Position numbers and translations under genes: made by a program. The notes under the pieces are model-generated. The model was not told where the DNA came from. It saw only the letters and a list, made by a program, of their open reading frames with translations, and did no database searches. From Leucoraja erinacea (taxonomy: Eukaryota), in NCBI RefSeq assembly GCF_028641065.1, contig NC_073395.1:34100001-34164000 (forward strand): 64,000 nt of DNA. Direction: 5' to 3'. Each line of letters opens with the position of its first letter. Position 1 is the first letter of the stretch. This document shows, piece by piece, positions 51,812 to 64,000 of this stretch.

Positions 51812-52529
51812 ATAAGAAATGTGTGTGGGAGTTTAGGCAAGTCAGCAGCTTTGCCATTCAGTAGGATCATGGCTGATCTCTAACTCAACTCCACCTTCCT
51901 GCACTGGCCCCATCTCTTTACCCTTTTAATATCAAAAAAATCTTTCAATCTTAACCTTAAATATCTATTCAGTGACTGAGCCTCCAAAACCTTCTTTAGT
52001 AGAGAATACCAAGCACCCATTAGTTCTGGGTGAAGAGATTTCTTCTCATCTTTATCATGAGCGGCTGAGTTTTTATTTGAGATTCTGACTCTGGTTCCAC
52101 TTCCCCCACCACAGGGAACATCAACTCCTCATGAGCTCTGTCAAACCCACATTAAATACTTTATCTGTTTAAATTCACCTCTCATCCTTCAAAATGCAGT
52201 GCAGATCCAGTCTTATTAAACTCTCCTCATGACATTGCTGCAGGTATGAATCTGTTTACTGTTTACTAGACTGCCTAGAATATCAGTTTAGTAAATCAGA
52301 CCTGCGTACACCTGGGACTTGTATAATTGGTGCAACACACCTCTGCTCTTACACTCAAAAGCTCTGACAACAAAGGTCACCATTCAGTTTGCACTCCGAA
52401 TTGCTTGCTAAACCAGGAGCCATTTACATACAAGAACATTCAGATCCTGGTGACCACCAACACCTTCATGGCAATTGAATAAATATCCTCACTTCTATTA
52501 TGTTTTATCATTACTCTCTTCCACAGATC

Positions 52530-54528
52530 CAGGGCTGCCAACTCTCACGCTTTGAGCGAGACACTCACGCATTTCAGCCAATTCTCACTACCTCACGCTG
52601 ATGACTGAATTCTCACGCTGTCTTCAGTCCCTGCACAGCAAAGATCCTATAGCGGAGCTATATAGTGGAGCTATAGGATCTTTGCTGCACAGTTTGTCTC
52701 TTTACGCCACATGACAGCGATCTGCACGGATTGGGGAAGCGCGTCGGTCCCGGACAGCGGGTGTCAGTGCTGCGCTGCCGGCTGCCACGGCAACCTCGCT
52801 CCCCCCCTCCCTCCCTCCTGCCCTTCAACACACACAGCAGCACCAAAGCAGCCAATCCACGCTACACTGTGCCCGCCAGACTCCCTATTGGGTGGCCGGA
52901 GAAAGAGAGGGAGGAGAGAGGGAGGGGAGCGAGAGAGAGAGAGAGGGAAAGAAAAAAAGGGAGGGATGGAGGCAAAGAGAGACAGGGAGGGAATGTAGAA
53001 AGGGGATGAAGGAAGGGAAGGAGAAAGGGGAGAAAGAGGAAGCGTGAGGAAAAAGAGGGAGGGGGAGAAAAGAGAGAGAGGGAGGGGGGGATGTGAGGGG
53101 GGGGAAGGAAAGGCGTGCGTGTCTCCCCGTGTGTCTGTCTGTCTCCCTGTGTGTGTCTCCCCGTGTGTGTGTGTGTGTGTGTTCCCTGTGTGTGTGTGTG
53201 TGTGTGTGTGTGTCTTCTTTTGTGTATTGTCTCCCTGTGCGTCTGTTGTCACATCCTGGCCTTAGACAGGGCTGCCAACTCTCACAAGCGTGAGAGTCAC
53301 ACATTTCAGCCAATTCTCATGCTGATGACAGAATTCTCACGCTGTCTTCAGTCCCTGCACAGTTTGTCTTTTTGCGCCACATCACAACGATCTGCGCGGT
53401 CTGGGGAAGCGCGTTAGTTGGCGGCTGTGAGTGACGTTGCTTCTCTTCTTTTCTTTCTTGGTTGGATGTGCAGCCGCCGGAGATAGAAATAACCAGGTGA
53501 ACTGGTTGTAAAACATGGGGGGGACCACAATGAGGCCAAACATCTAGGACGGGGTTCGGCAACCGATGGCACACGGGCTGAATCCGGCCCGTAACCCAAA
53601 AAAACGCGTTTTTTTTCAATTTGTTTTCGCAGGGTCGGGGCAGGCGAGCCGACCTGAGAACTGCAGCCAGTCCCTGGGCATGCAGAATGCCAACTTGATC
53701 ATTCTTGAGATTAATACCCCTTTGCTCTGTTAACAGCGTTAAAGTACTTATGAGGTCGAGTCAGGAAAGGGAACATGTTATTTTTTTTAGTTTGCTTTAA
53801 TTTGTTAGTTGATTGTTTGTTGACTGCCATCATTTCTGAAATGGTCTTAAAGTAACGTAACTGTTATGAAGCAGTAATAAGTGATTTTTGTCCAAACAAT
53901 TGGAACTTGCATAGAACGTTTGCATTTCTAGCATGGCTGCCAACTCTCACGCATTGAGCGTGAGACTCACGCATTTCACAAAATTCTCACGCTCTCACGC
54001 TGATCTCAAAATTTCTCACGCTCAATAATCTGCGGGTGCTAAAAGTTCAAAATAAAGCAAACATTGTTTTAGAGGTGAGTAAAACCATGAGGGGAATATC
54101 AGGTGAATGCATAGTCTTTTTCCCAGGATATGTGATTCAAGCACTAGAGGAGATTGGTTTAAAGCAGGGCTATCAAACAGGATATCTTTGGGGGAAAAAA
54201 AGGTAGTTTTGTTTCTCCCATGCAGATGGTGTGATAGGTGAGACACGATGGCGGTGGTCCCAGCACCAACCCCCCCTCCCCTTTCCGCCCTGAGGCACAG
54301 CACACACCTCCCACCCTCACCTCCGGCGGCTCTATGTCCGTCGGCCGCTCTGTCCACACCCCATGGAGTTTTAACCCTGGCCCGGAGCCAGGAGCAGACA
54401 GGGTTGGCGCCACCTCTGGAGCCTACTATGGGAGGGGGAACACCCCGTCCCACACCCTCCCCCCCCTCGGTCACTACGCACCCTCGCAATTTCTCACTCT
54501 CAACTCTCACCCAATGTTGGCAGCCCTG
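52530..54528. mobile_element. Non-autonomous hAT-like element with reiterated left ends
   Basis: TIR CAGGGCTGCCAAC at 52530, 53268 and about 53932, with one inverted copy at 54516-54528; arrays of CTCACGC subterminal motifs. Confidence 0.7.
52639..52684. mobile_element. 46-bp TIR micro-element with 8-bp TSD
   Basis: Perfect 15-bp TIR CAAAGATCCTATAGC; TSD CTGCACAG; paralogous empty site at 53355-53362. Confidence 0.8.
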
Positions 54529-55619
54529 TGATCACTGACATATGCACCTCTGCTGTGCTGGAATTTTCTTCAACAATCAAGCAGTGTCCCATTGCAACAT
54601 CCTCATTTCAGCTATCGTTTTGATTACGCCCTCTGTAGGCTCAAGCTTTTTTACACCAAAGCGCATCCATACAAAGTGCTACAGAAAATTATAACCCAGA
54701 AAATTCCAAAATAAATCAATACGTGGGAATTTGCCACAGTAGGCTGTGGAGGCCTAGTCAATAGATAGTTTTAAGGCAGAGATAGATAGATTATTGATTA
54801 GTAAGGGTGTCGGGTGTTATGGGGAGAAGACAGGAGTATGATGTTCAGGGGGAAAGATAGATCAGCCACGATTTGAATGGCGTGGACGATGGGCCAAATG
54901 GCCTAATTCTGCTCCTATCACTTATGAATTAATGATACAAAAATGACAACTCACTAGCAAATAAAAATGCACTCTTACATTTACAAACAGATTAGGCCCA
55001 AATTAAAGATTCAACCTTGACCTTGATGAACATTCAATAATCAGCTGTACATTAATGATCGTGTATCCCATAAAACAGATTAAATGACACTTAGTCCCAT
55101 CCATCAAGCACTTTGTACGTATTTCAAACCTTGCACATGTATTTCTCCAAATTTTTCAATGGATGCACCAAACAAAATCACCAGCTGGCACGTAAGAATG
55201 AAGTAAAATCCCATAAAAAATAATTAAACCCTTGGGTCAAATCTCTTAATAGTAAAGTGAGGGAATGACTACCTGGAGAATTTAGCTGTGTGATATTTAT
55301 AGGGTGATTTAAAAAAAATAAAATGTGAATTTGCTATAAACTAAGTCACATTCCTTGTGTGGCAGAAGGTTGATGCCTATGAAATTGGAGCAAGATGTCT
55401 GACACATATTGGCTTTTAAAAAGCAGGTGCTGGCCACAAGCCACATTAATTTGTTCTCGGCAAGTTATTAAGTCTTTGAGTCATTAAAAAATCAAACTGT
55501 TTAATTAATGGGCCATGAGTTACACCGACTGAGTTTTGCTGAGCTACATTATGGGCATAATATAATAGCCACAGAAGTTAGGGAGCCTGGGATCCCTTTC
55601 CGGGAATCGCCAGAGAAGA

Positions 55620-55959
55620 GTTAGACCACGCCTGGAGTATTGCGTACAGTTTTGGTCTCCTAATCTGAGGAAATACATTCTTGCCATAGAGGGAGTACAG
55701 AGAAGGTTCACCAGACTGATTCCTGGGATGTCAGGACTTTCATATGAAGAAAGACTGGATAGACTTGGCATGTACCCGCTAGCATTTAGAAGATTGAGGG
55801 GGATGATCTTATAGAAACTTACAAAATTCTTAAGGGGCTATGGAGAGAAGGCAGGTATGGGATACTGAGTTGGATGATCAGCCATGATCATATTCAATGG
55901 CGGTGTATGCTCGAAGGGCCGAATGGCCTACTCCTGCACCTATTTTCTATGTTTCTATG
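55620..55959 (+). mobile_element. Internally deleted young CR1 3' end
   Basis: Matches the 62710-63283 sequence with a deletion; tttctatgtttctatg tail. Confidence 0.8.
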
Positions 55960-56312
55960 ACCGACGGCCTTCGGCCTGTAACATCCTGAAGCCAAAGTCT
56001 CCGGTAGGAAATTGCCGATTCAGGCACTTCAAGCCGTGGAGTGTGTTTGACGGAGGTTTGATCATCCCGAATAGAGGGTCTGTACATCAGGCCATCAGTA
56101 GCGGTGGTTACGGAGGGTTTATGGCCCCGACCACGGATGAACAAAGGAGGAGGACTGACAACTTTGTTGCCTTCCACCACAGTGAAAAATGCTGTGGTGG
56201 ATGTTTGTGTTAAATTCTATGGTGTATTGTGTGTTCTTTTTAATTGTATCGCTGCTGGCAAATTCATTTCACTGCACCTTCGGATGCATTTGACAAATAA
56301 AATTGACTTTGA
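55960..56312 (+). mobile_element. 5'-truncated GC-rich non-autonomous retroposon (copy D)
   Basis: Shares the 3' blocks of copies B and C (gaacaaagg, ccaccacagt..ctgtggtgg hairpin, tttcactg..gacaaataaa tail). Confidence 0.6.
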
Positions 56313-57419
56313 CCAGACAAACATCCCTGATCCTTAATATTGCGTTGACATGGTTATTCTGGTTACTCTCCAATAGTACATTAAATTTAAGATCTCTAAG
56401 AAAAACACCAGATATATCACAAAAGGCAGCTTGAACACAAAGGAGAAATTAAAATCTTCACAATGTATACCAACCAAATAGCATTACGTGACAATTAATC
56501 ACAAGATGAAACATTTTGATTATTGCAATGTATCAAAGAGTAATTTTACATTTTTTAACAACTCTTTTCTATGCTTTGGGAATGATTTAATTTACTCCTT
56601 TTCTTTAAGTCCGACCATTTCTCCTTTAATCAGGGACTCATTTGTAACGTGGGGCTTGTTTGGCAACTCTGACAATCTTTCCACCCATTCCACCAAGTGT
56701 AAACATATTACTTGGCAATTTTCAATATCTGCTACTAACAGAGTCATGAAAATACATCAGCTTTAAATGAAATAGGACCGAGTGTTTGATAACGTCCAGA
56801 AAAAAAAGGTAGAAACAATGTACGGTGAACATTCATGCCTGGTCATTCATCTCCAGCTTTGAGAAAGCTGAACAAAATTGATTTTTCTGAAGATAAGAAC
56901 ACACACACACACACACACAATGTGATTTATGTGTGAATTTACCAAGAGTTGGTAGATTTAAAAGCGTTGTTTGTGATTCATCTTCAAATATCCAGGGTAA
57001 AGATAGCTTGCCTAGTGGCCAATCGTTTATTTTGATAGCTGAGAAAGTTATTTTGATATTTAGAACACAGAAGAGTCCAGCGCAGGAACGGGCCCTTCTG
57101 ATCACACTGTTGTGCTGAACATAATGGCGAGTTAAACTGATCTCATCTGCCTGTTCATGATCCATATCCATCCATTCCGTGCACTTCCATGTGCCTATCT
57201 CAATGCCTCTTAAACGCCATGATTGTATCTCCCTCCCCCATCACCCCGGCAATGTGTTCCAGACCCTTTACTACTCTCTGTATAAACACTTGACCCTCAC
57301 ATCACCTTTAAACTTCCCCTCTCTCACCTTATAGCTCTGCCATTTAGTGTTGGACATTTCCACCCTGGGAAAAAAGGTCTGACTGTCTACCCTTATCTGC
57401 GCCTCCCATAATATTATAC

Positions 57420-57646
57420 TGTAGCGGCGCCTGCTAGCGCACGCAAATATCGAACCCGGCGTTCGGAAGTTGGGGTCACGTGACTCGGGAGGGGCTGTTG
57501 TTTTCGCGCGGTTTTCCCCCTGCGCGCGTTAGTTCAGCGCTGACCACCGATGTGGCCAGACGTGTCTGTTAAACCTGTATGCTGCAACTTAAGCTTTTGA
57601 ATAAAGTATTGGTTGAAAACTCCAGGAGTCGTTTATCAGACCACCA
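57420..57646 (+). repeat. Gypsy 5' LTR
   Basis: TGT...CACCA, contains AATAAA, followed by the PBS. Confidence 0.92.
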
Positions 57647-60600
57647 AATTGGTGACCCCGACCTGTCTAGCCGTCGTCAGACAACAGAATTATGCAGGAA
57701 GAGAATATTCCCGCAGAATCGGCCAGCACGAGGCAGGGCGTACCCGCCTTCAAACTGCCAGCCTTTTGGCCTGATCAACCTCAGGTGTGGTTCGCCCATG
57801 TGGAGACACGGTTTCATCTACATCGTATCAACCACGACGACACTATGTATTTTCATGTGGTAGGAGCATTGCCACAGTTGCCCTTTATCAGAGACCCTCC
57901 TTCCAGCGGCAAGTACGAAGGGTTGAAAGCCCTGTTATTTCACACCTATGGTCTTTCCCCATAGAGACAGGGCGGCAAGGCTGCTGCATATGGACTGCAT
58001 CGTCGACCGAAGGCCATCGACGATCACGGCAAAGATGTTGGCCCTAATGGACGGGCACCGCCCCTGCTTGCTTTTCGAACAGGCGTTCTTGGAGCAGATG
58101 CCCGACGAAGTGCAGCTAATGCTAGCGGGAGCCGATTTCAGCAACCCTCAGCAGCTCGCAGAAAGAGCCGATGAGTTGTGGGCGCTCAAGACGGCGGGAA
58201 GTACACGCCGTCGCCCGCCTCATGGGCACGCAACGGGTGCAGCCGAACTGACGTCGGGAAGAAGAGGAGACGCAGCCTAGCGTTGAAGACGAATCGCCGC
58301 GGCCAGCGGTCTTCGTCCAACGCAGATGGTGCTACTACCAACATCCAGTACCAACAGGAGCAGAAGCCCGAAGATGTCGGAGCCGTTGTTCATTTCCGTG
58401 AAACGCCCAGGCCGATAAAGGCGAACGCGATCGGCCCCAACGTACTCTTTGTCCGTGATCGCCATTCCGGCCACCGTTTCCTGGTGGACTCCAGTGCCCA
58501 TGCCAGTATCCTGCCTCCAAGTGCCAGGGACGTTCGTGCTGGTAAGGTGGGACCTGTCTTCTCGGCGGTTAACGGGAGCGATATTCGCACCTACGGCACG
58601 CAAAACTAAATTTCGAATCCCACCATACAGGTGGAAGTTTATCATCCCACCGCCGGTCCGCCGGTACACGCCCGTGCGCGCCGTCTCCTGCCCGAAAAAC
58701 TGCGCATCGCACGAGACGATTTCCAACTTATGGAGGACATGGGAATTGTCCAGCGGTCAGATAGCCCTTGGACTTCCTCGTTACACATGGTGCCCAAAGC
58801 GTCCGGAGAGTGGAGACATTGCAGCAATTACAGGCGCTTAAACGCAGTAACTACAGCCGACATGTATCCAGTCCCGAACATCCAGGATTTCTCGGCCCAC
58901 CTGGAAGGTGCGACCATCTTCTCGAAGGTTGACTTTATCCGCGGATATAATCAAATCCCGGTCCACCCCGACGATGTCCCTAAAACGGCCACCGTTACCC
59001 CTTTCGGCCTCTTCAAGTGGCTCAGAATGCCTTTTGGCTTGAAGAACGCGGCCCAGGCGTTCCAGAGGCTAATGGATCAGGTCGGCCGGGGTTTGCCGTT
59101 TATATTCATCTACCTAGACGACATCCTAGTGGCCAGCCGCTCGCAGGCAGAGCATACCAAGCACCTCCGCTTACTTTTCGAACGGCTGCACAAGCACGGG
59201 TTGGTCATCAACCCCGAGAAGTGCTAGTTCGGTCTGCGCTCCATCTCGTTCTTAAGGCATTGCATCATCTCTCAGGTAGCGCAACCACTGCCCGAGAAAG
59301 TCGACGCTATCCATCATATCCCCAGGCCATTATCGATCAAGGGTCTGCAGGAGTTTATCGGGATGGTTAACCTTTATCACCGATTCGTCCCGTCTGCAGC
59401 CGCCATCATGCGGCCAATGTTCCGATGCCTGGCCAGTAAGTTCAAGGACCTGGTCTGGTCTGAGGAAGCACAGAAGGCGTTCGAGGGTGCTAAGACCGCA
59501 TTGGCCAACGCCACTATGCTGGTACACCCTAGGGCTTCAGCCCAAATGGCCCTCACCGTGGACGCGTCCAACGTCGCGGTAAGTGCCGTCCTCGAGCAGC
59601 GGACAGGTAACCGCTGGGTGCCGTTGGCATTTTTCAACAGGCAACTGCGAGCCCCTGAAGTCAAATACAGCGCTTTCGACAGGGAGCTCCTTGCGCTTTA
59701 CCTAGCTATCCGTCATTTTCGATATTTCTTGGAGGGGCGCGCTTTCACTGCTTTCACCGACCACAAGCTGTTAATTTTCGCCTTGTCCAAGGTTTCTGAC
59801 CCTTGGGCTGCCCAACAGCAATGGCACCTCGCCTACATTTCCCAATTCACATCTGATATTCGGCATGTGGCAGGTAAGCTGAATGTGGTGGCCGACGCAT
59901 TGTCCCGTCCTGCGCTACCCGAAGTTTCTGCGCTTAGTCTTAGCGTTGATTACGAGGAGCTAGCAGTCGCCCAGCGGGCAGACGCCGGTATGGAGATTTA
60001 TCGCAATGCTGAATCAGGACTGGCTGGTTAAGGTGCCATTCAGCTACTCCGGCGTGCAAGTCCTTTGTGATATTTCCACCGGTAAAGCCTGTCCGATTGT
60101 CCCGGTCACTTGGCGTCGTCGGATCTTCGACACCATCCACAGCCTAGCGCACCCGTCCATTCGCGCCACTTCTGCTTTGGTCGCTGCAAAGTTCGTTTGG
60201 CACGGGTTAAGGAAGCAAGTCGCTGCATGGGCCCGTTCCTGCATCCCATGTCAGACCTCCAAAGTGCAGAGACATGCACCCGCCGGTCCAGGATTTCGCC
60301 ATACCGGATGGCAGGTTCCTGCACATCCATGTAGACCTGGTGGGTCCCTTGCCGTGTTCGCGCGGGGCGACCCACTTACTGACTATCGTAGACAGGTTTA
60401 CGAGGTGGGCGGATGCAATCCCGTTGGAGGATACCTCCGCCGAAGCTTGCGCGAGGGCCATGGTAGCCCATTGGATCGCCCGTTTTGGGGTCCCCTCGCA
60501 TATTACCACCGGTAGGGGGGCCCAGTTCACGTCTTCATTATGGTGTGGTACGGCGCAGCTGTACGGAGCGAAGCTGCGCCAGACTACCGCTTATCACCCG

Positions 60601-61353
60601 GAGTCTAACGCGTTGGTCGAGCGGTTCCACCGGCACCTTAAGTCGCAGTTAAAAGCCAGACTCACTGGTCCTGATTGGGTCGACCAGTTACCTTGGGTCC
60701 TCCTTGGCTTCGGAACAACGCCTAAGGAGAACCTCAAAGCCTCCTCGGCCGAGTTGGTTTATGGCTCGGTTTTACAGGTTCCAGGGAATTTCTTGCCCGT
60801 TCCTCCGGTCCAGGAGGTCTCAACCTCACAGCTGTTGTCGGACATTCGCAAGCGGGCGCACGCTCTGGTCCTGGTTCCCACTTCCCGGCATGTCTTCGGC
60901 GCATGTGCCTACTATGTTATGGGATTGTGCTTATGTTTTTCTCCGTAGAGACGCTCATCGCTCACCATTACAGCGGGTGTACGAGGGTCCGTACAGGGTG
61001 CTCAGTACTGGTGTCTCGACGCTCACGTTGGACATGGGTGGAAAGGAGGAGTTCGTCTCCGTGAACTGCCTTAAGCCTGCACATGTTGACGAGGATTGCC
61101 CAGTAACTGTGGCCACTCCATGGCGTAGAGGACGTCCACCTGCTGTTTTGCCGCCCTCTGCACTTGTTTCCTACGGTCGTGTTTCTTCGGTTCCCTTTGT
61201 TACGCCCGTCCCTCATTCACGTTTTTCGTCTCCCTCCGGTCCTGTTGTACCGGTCCCAAATGTTACGCTGGCCCCTGGACCTCGGACTACGCGTTCCGGT
61301 CGTACCATCCGTTTACCCACGCGTTTCCGTACCGCGGATTCTGGGGGGGCCCA

Positions 61354-61580
61354 TGTAGCGGTGCATTCTAGCAAACGGAGATGTCAAACCCGGCGTTCAG
61401 AAGCCGCGGTCATGTGACTCGGGAGGGGCTGTTGGTTTTGCGCATTTTTTCCCCTGCGTGCGTTAGTTCAGCGCTGACCACCGATGTGGCCAGACGTGTC
61501 TGTTAAACCTGTATGCTGCAACTTAAGCTTTTGAATAAAGTATTGGTTGAAAACTCCAGGAGTCGTTTATCAGACCACCA
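61354..61580 (+). repeat. Gypsy 3' LTR
   Basis: Direct repeat of 57420-57646, preceded by GGGGGGGCCCA. Confidence 0.92.
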
Positions 61581-62029
61581 AAATATACTTCTATCGTCTC
61601 CCCTCAATCTCTGAGATTCCGGAGAAAACAATCCAAGTCCATCCAACCCCTCCCTGTAACTGAAACCCTCTAATCCAGGCAGCATTGATTGTGCGAGAAT
61701 GAACTCAATATGTATTACCCAACAGCAGGTGGATAATCAAAGGTCAGTGACTCCGACAGGAACTCACTGTGACTTTGGCACGGTTTGATTTGCATTGTTC
61801 CCAACTTCAATTTCATGGCCTCCAATGGAATTTTCACTTGTCCTTTCTTGAAGGCATTTTTGGGCATGATTCTTTCCAATTATATCAACATTCCAAAATA
61901 AATATTTTTAAAAATGTTGTATTTTGCCAGTAGTCATTTCTTTAGACAGTAAGTATCGGCAAGCTATTAAACAAAGGCTTGCATATTTCCCTTTGGTAGT
62001 GCAGGAACAGGTAAAGGGCATCAACTTTA

Positions 62030-63283
62030 TATAATTTTTTGAGGATGTAACTAGTAGAGTGGATAAGGGAGAACCAGTGGATGGGTTATATCTGGACTTC
62101 CAGAAGGCTTTCGATAAGGTCCCACATAAGAGATTAGTATACAAACTTAAAGCACACGGTATTGGGGATTCAGTATTGATGTGGATAGAGAACTGGCTCG
62201 CAGACAGGAAGCAAAGAGTAGGAGTAAACGGGTCCTTTTCACAATGGCAGGCAGTGACTAGTGAGGTGCCGCAAGGCTCAGTGCTGGGACCCCAGCTATT
62301 TACAATATATATTAATGATTTGGACGAGAGAATTGAATGCAACATCTCCAAGTTTGCGGATGACACGAAGCTGGGGGGCAGTGTTAGCTGTGAGAAGGAT
62401 GCTAGGAGGCTGCAAGGTGACTTGGATAGGCTGGGTGAGTGGGCAAATGCATGGCAGATGCAGTATAATGTGGATAAATGTGAGGTTAGCCACTTTGGTG
62501 GCAAAAACAGGAAAGTAGACTATTATCTGAATGGTGGCCGATTAGGAAAAGGGGAGATGCAACGAGGCCTGTGTGTCATGGTACACCAGTCATTGAAAGT
62601 AGGCATGCAGGTGCAGCAGGCAGTAAAGAAAGCGAATGGTATGTTCGCATTCATAGCAAAAGGATTTGAGTATAAGAGCAGGGAGGTTCTACTGCAGTTG
62701 TACAGGGTCTTGGTGAGACCACACCTGGAGTATTGCGTACAGTTTTGGTCTCCTAATCTGAGGAAAGACATTCTTGCCGTAGAGGGAGTACAGAGAAGGT
62801 TCACCAGACTGATTCCTGGGATGGCAGGACTTTCATATGAAGAAAGACTGGATAGACTCGGCTTGTACTCACTAGAATTTAGAAGATTGAGGGGTGATCT
62901 TATAGAAACTCACAAAATTCTTAAGGGGTTGGACAGGCTAGATGCACGAAGATTGTTCCCGATGTTGGGGAAGTCCAGAACAAGGGGTCACAGTTTAAGG
63001 ATAAGGGGGAAATCTTTTAGGACCGAGATGAGAAAAACATTTTTCACACAGAGAGTGGTGAATCTCTGGAATTCTCTGCCACAGAAGGTAGTTGAGGCCA
63101 GTTCATTGGCTATATTTAAGAGAGAGTTAGATGTGGCCCTTGTGGCTAAAGGGATCAGGGGGTATGGAGAGAAGGCAGGTACAGGATACTGAGTTGGATG
63201 ATCAGCCATGATCATATTGAATGGCGGTGCAGGCTCGAAGGGCCGAATGGCCTACTCCTGCACCTATTTTCTATGTTTCTATG
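62030..63283 (+). mobile_element. Young 5'-truncated CR1 LINE with open RT C-terminal ORF (62059-63192)
   Basis: 377-aa ORF nearly identical to the 24539-26956 copy; tttctatgtttctatg tail. Confidence 0.93.
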
Positions 63284-64000
63284 CAATTGTTAACTTGGAA
63301 GAGATCAGCTCATCTACAAAGACTAAGGAGTGAAACCGGAAAGTCCTAGTTTGCATTACAGGGTAATGTTTAAGGGGCTATTTATTTTCTTAAATAAAGT
63401 AATATGTTTTTGTGATCCAAGGATGTTATCATGTGGGACAAAATAAAATGCAAAGCCCAGGTTACAAATTGTGCAAGATTGTTCTGTATATAAGCTAGCC
63501 AAATCAATAAATGCAAAATGTATATAAGCAAGCCAAATCAAGAAATGCCAAATTACGTTTACTTTTGGTTATCAATAGAAAAACGGATTACATCTTGGCA
63601 TGTCCAAATTTTCTAATTCAATTCTATATCCTTGATATTTCATGAAGCCTAATCAGATACTAATTCTGTAAAGGTGTAGGAAAGAACTGCAGATGCTGGT
63701 TTAATTCGAAGGTAGACACAAAATGCTGGAGTAACTCAGCGAGCCAGGCAGCATCTCTGGAGATAAAAAATGGGTAAATACTTTTCCTCTCAGAAAATAC
63801 AGCTTGCTTGATCAGATAGCTTTATAAAGATATGCTCATCTTTTAAAATGTACAGGCCACTTAGAAAGCTACAAATTAATTTATTCGAATAAGATTGTTA
63901 TGAATACAGATAATGTGTCAAAATTCTATTTATATATTAATTTAACTGTGTTACAACTATGTATTTCACATTTTTTTACAGACTGTTCATTTTGTGCAAA

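Larger units (their letters stand above)
57420..61580 (+). mobile_element. Ty3/Gypsy LTR retrotransposon (CsRn1-like), degenerate, inserted in an old CR1
   Basis: Two 227-bp LTRs; PBS TGGTGACCCCGAC (tRNA-Trp); G-rich PPT; Gag KLPAFWPDQPQVWF, protease FLVDS, RT YLDD, RNase H TVDAS/DRELL, integrase HPSI..C..C/HVDLVGPL/GPY; several frameshifts and stops; flanking (T)ATAC repeat. Confidence 0.95.

Noticed and set aside
43617-64000. Next upstream GRIP1 exon (expected ESVIPSSGTFHVKLPK-like)
   Set aside because: I could not find it by eye; it probably lies beyond the window, so none is called

Overview
Vertebrate genomic DNA, probably a skate or ray (inferred from its CR1, V-SINE and Penelope repeat types). 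It carries the 3' half of GRIP1 on the minus strand: 10 coding exons from PDZ5 to PDZ7 and the stop, all with GT-AG boundaries and matching phases. The introns are dense in mobile DNA. The main element is a structurally complete DIRS1-type tyrosine-recombinase retrotransposon (Gag, RT-RNaseH-methyltransferase, YR, inverted termini, internal complementary region). It is nested in a 7-bp-TSD DNA transposon, which itself sits in a Penelope remnant. Also present: nested non-autonomous Helitrons, Harbinger-type MITEs, young CR1 and Rex1/Babar LINE 3' parts, a Penelope GIY-YIG fragment, and a degenerate tRNA-Trp-primed Gypsy provirus with mosaic LTRs. Two less familiar items are a 46-bp TIR micro-element with an 8-bp TSD and a family of GC-rich non-coding retroposons with covarying hairpins. 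All calls were made by eye, and boundaries of old repeats are approximate.
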